A stretch of DNA of 64,000 nucleotides, from positions 4,092,001-4,156,000 of the forward strand of contig NC_043025.1 of the NCBI RefSeq assembly GCF_006345805.1. Reading direction: 5' to 3'. Numbering within the stretch: position 1 is the first letter of the stretch; every line of letters starts with the position of its first letter. The position numbers were made by a program, and so were the translations under genes. This stretch comes from Octopus sinensis (lineage: Eukaryota). The notes under the pieces were generated by a model. The model worked only from the letters and a program-made list of their open reading frames with translations, ran no database searches and was not told the DNA's origin. Of this stretch, positions 62,772 through 64,000 are shown in pieces.

Positions 62772-63031
62772 TTAAGTGTCCTTTTTCCATGCTGTAAAGA
62801 TGTGGTTAATACACATCTAGGAATAAGAAACTGGATGATGGCTAGAGATCAAACTGCTTGAAATATTATGTAGATAGAAATATTTTAAAGCTGTGGCACA
62901 TCCAGGAATAGGACATATGACGCTGGCTGGTGATGAAAGTGAAGATGATGTAGCTTGGATAGAAATATTGGAAGTGTTCCAGCTGTGAAGATGACTGACA
63001 ATCTGAATGTGTGTTGATGTTATCGTTGCAG

Positions 63032-63193
63032 GCATGGGAGGACACATGTAAAGCATGGGACAATGTCACAAAAAACCTTGATATCTATCCGAAAGGAAAG
63101 CTAGAAGAAGGCTGCAGCTCTGGAAGTATTGGGGAAACGATTCGGCTACGGAGAAAACCAACTCACCATGGGACATCGGATCACGAGTTAGAG
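63032..63193 (+). CDS. NF1: Neurofibromin exon (AWEDTCKAWD...YPKGKLEEG...SDHELE)
   Basis: 162 nt, ttgcag/GTTGG, phase 0/0. Matches AWEDTHAKWEQ...YPKAKMEDG. The gene continues beyond the window. Confidence 0.94.
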
Positions 63194-63218
63194 GTTGGAT
63201 TTTTCCTTACAAGTTGCT

Positions 63219-63265
<47 letters not shown>

Positions 63266-64000
63266 TGTGTGATAAAAAAAGTTTATGTCCCTACTACATG
63301 GTTCTGGGTTCAGTCCCACTGTGTGGCACTTTTTGGCTAGCGTCTGTTATTATAGCCTTGGACCCACTGAAGCCTTATCAATGGGTTTGGTAGACAGAAA
63401 CAGAAGGATACCAGTCATATATGATATTCTATGGATATCAACTGGTGACATAAATAGATCCACGTCATAACCCCTGACTTTCTTTATATTCCGTAAACAC
63501 TTCATGAAATAATCTTCACTGATTGGATTTACTGCATTTCAGTTGCAAAGGGACCCCTACATTACGGTCCCCTGTATTGGCTTACTCTGTGGTTTGGAGC
63601 CTAATCCACTAAAGGAGCTTCCAGTGGGTTAGTTAAATCCGTATATTGTGCATTAAATTTATATTTGTGTGGGTGTGTGTGTGTATGCATATATACACGT
63701 GTGTGGTTGTATGCATGTATACATGTATATATATATACATATACACAAATATGAGAGAGAATCCACTATGTGGACGCTCTTACGCTAGAGATAGATCCGC
63801 AAGGGTCTCAACCACTAAGAATTGTTCTCAAGAAAAATTTAGCACACTATGAACGTAAGCAAGCAGGACAAATGAAAAATAACAAAAATATAGATTAACC
63901 CCATACAATTGTTTCACTGTTAATAAATTATGCAATTTTACTTACATAATTAATCTTCAGATCATCATAAAATATAATTTGTCGAACTGCACGCTATGTA

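Overview
Eukaryotic genomic DNA, very probably an octopus. This is inferred from the SINE/RTE repeat landscape and dense TA/CA microsatellites and is not confirmed by a search. The window lies inside the neurofibromin (NF1) gene. Eleven in-frame exons of the N-terminal/CSRD region run on the + strand at 45.4-63.2 kb (1545 nt, 515 codons). Four in-frame exons of the C-terminal region run on the - strand at 14.5-3.3 kb (558 nt, 186 codons). Between them are a ~26.1 kb array of a 250-bp satellite and a 100-N gap, so a mis-oriented scaffold join is the simplest explanation for the strand switch. The introns are packed with SINEs, RTE and R4/Dong-like LINE fragments, TTAA- and TA-type MITEs and Helitron-like elements. 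The most interesting signals are three hammerhead ribozyme motifs. The first is in a 495-bp, 1.4-mer retrozyme-like insertion flanked by a 10-bp TSD. The second is in an inverted copy of that element and has a compensatory U3-A8 core. The third is at the 3' end of a Penelope-like element that split a SINE. Two of the three lie in the sense orientation of the NF1 pre-mRNA. A near-perfect ~205-bp inverted repeat also brackets the 80-nt frameshifting NF1 exon.
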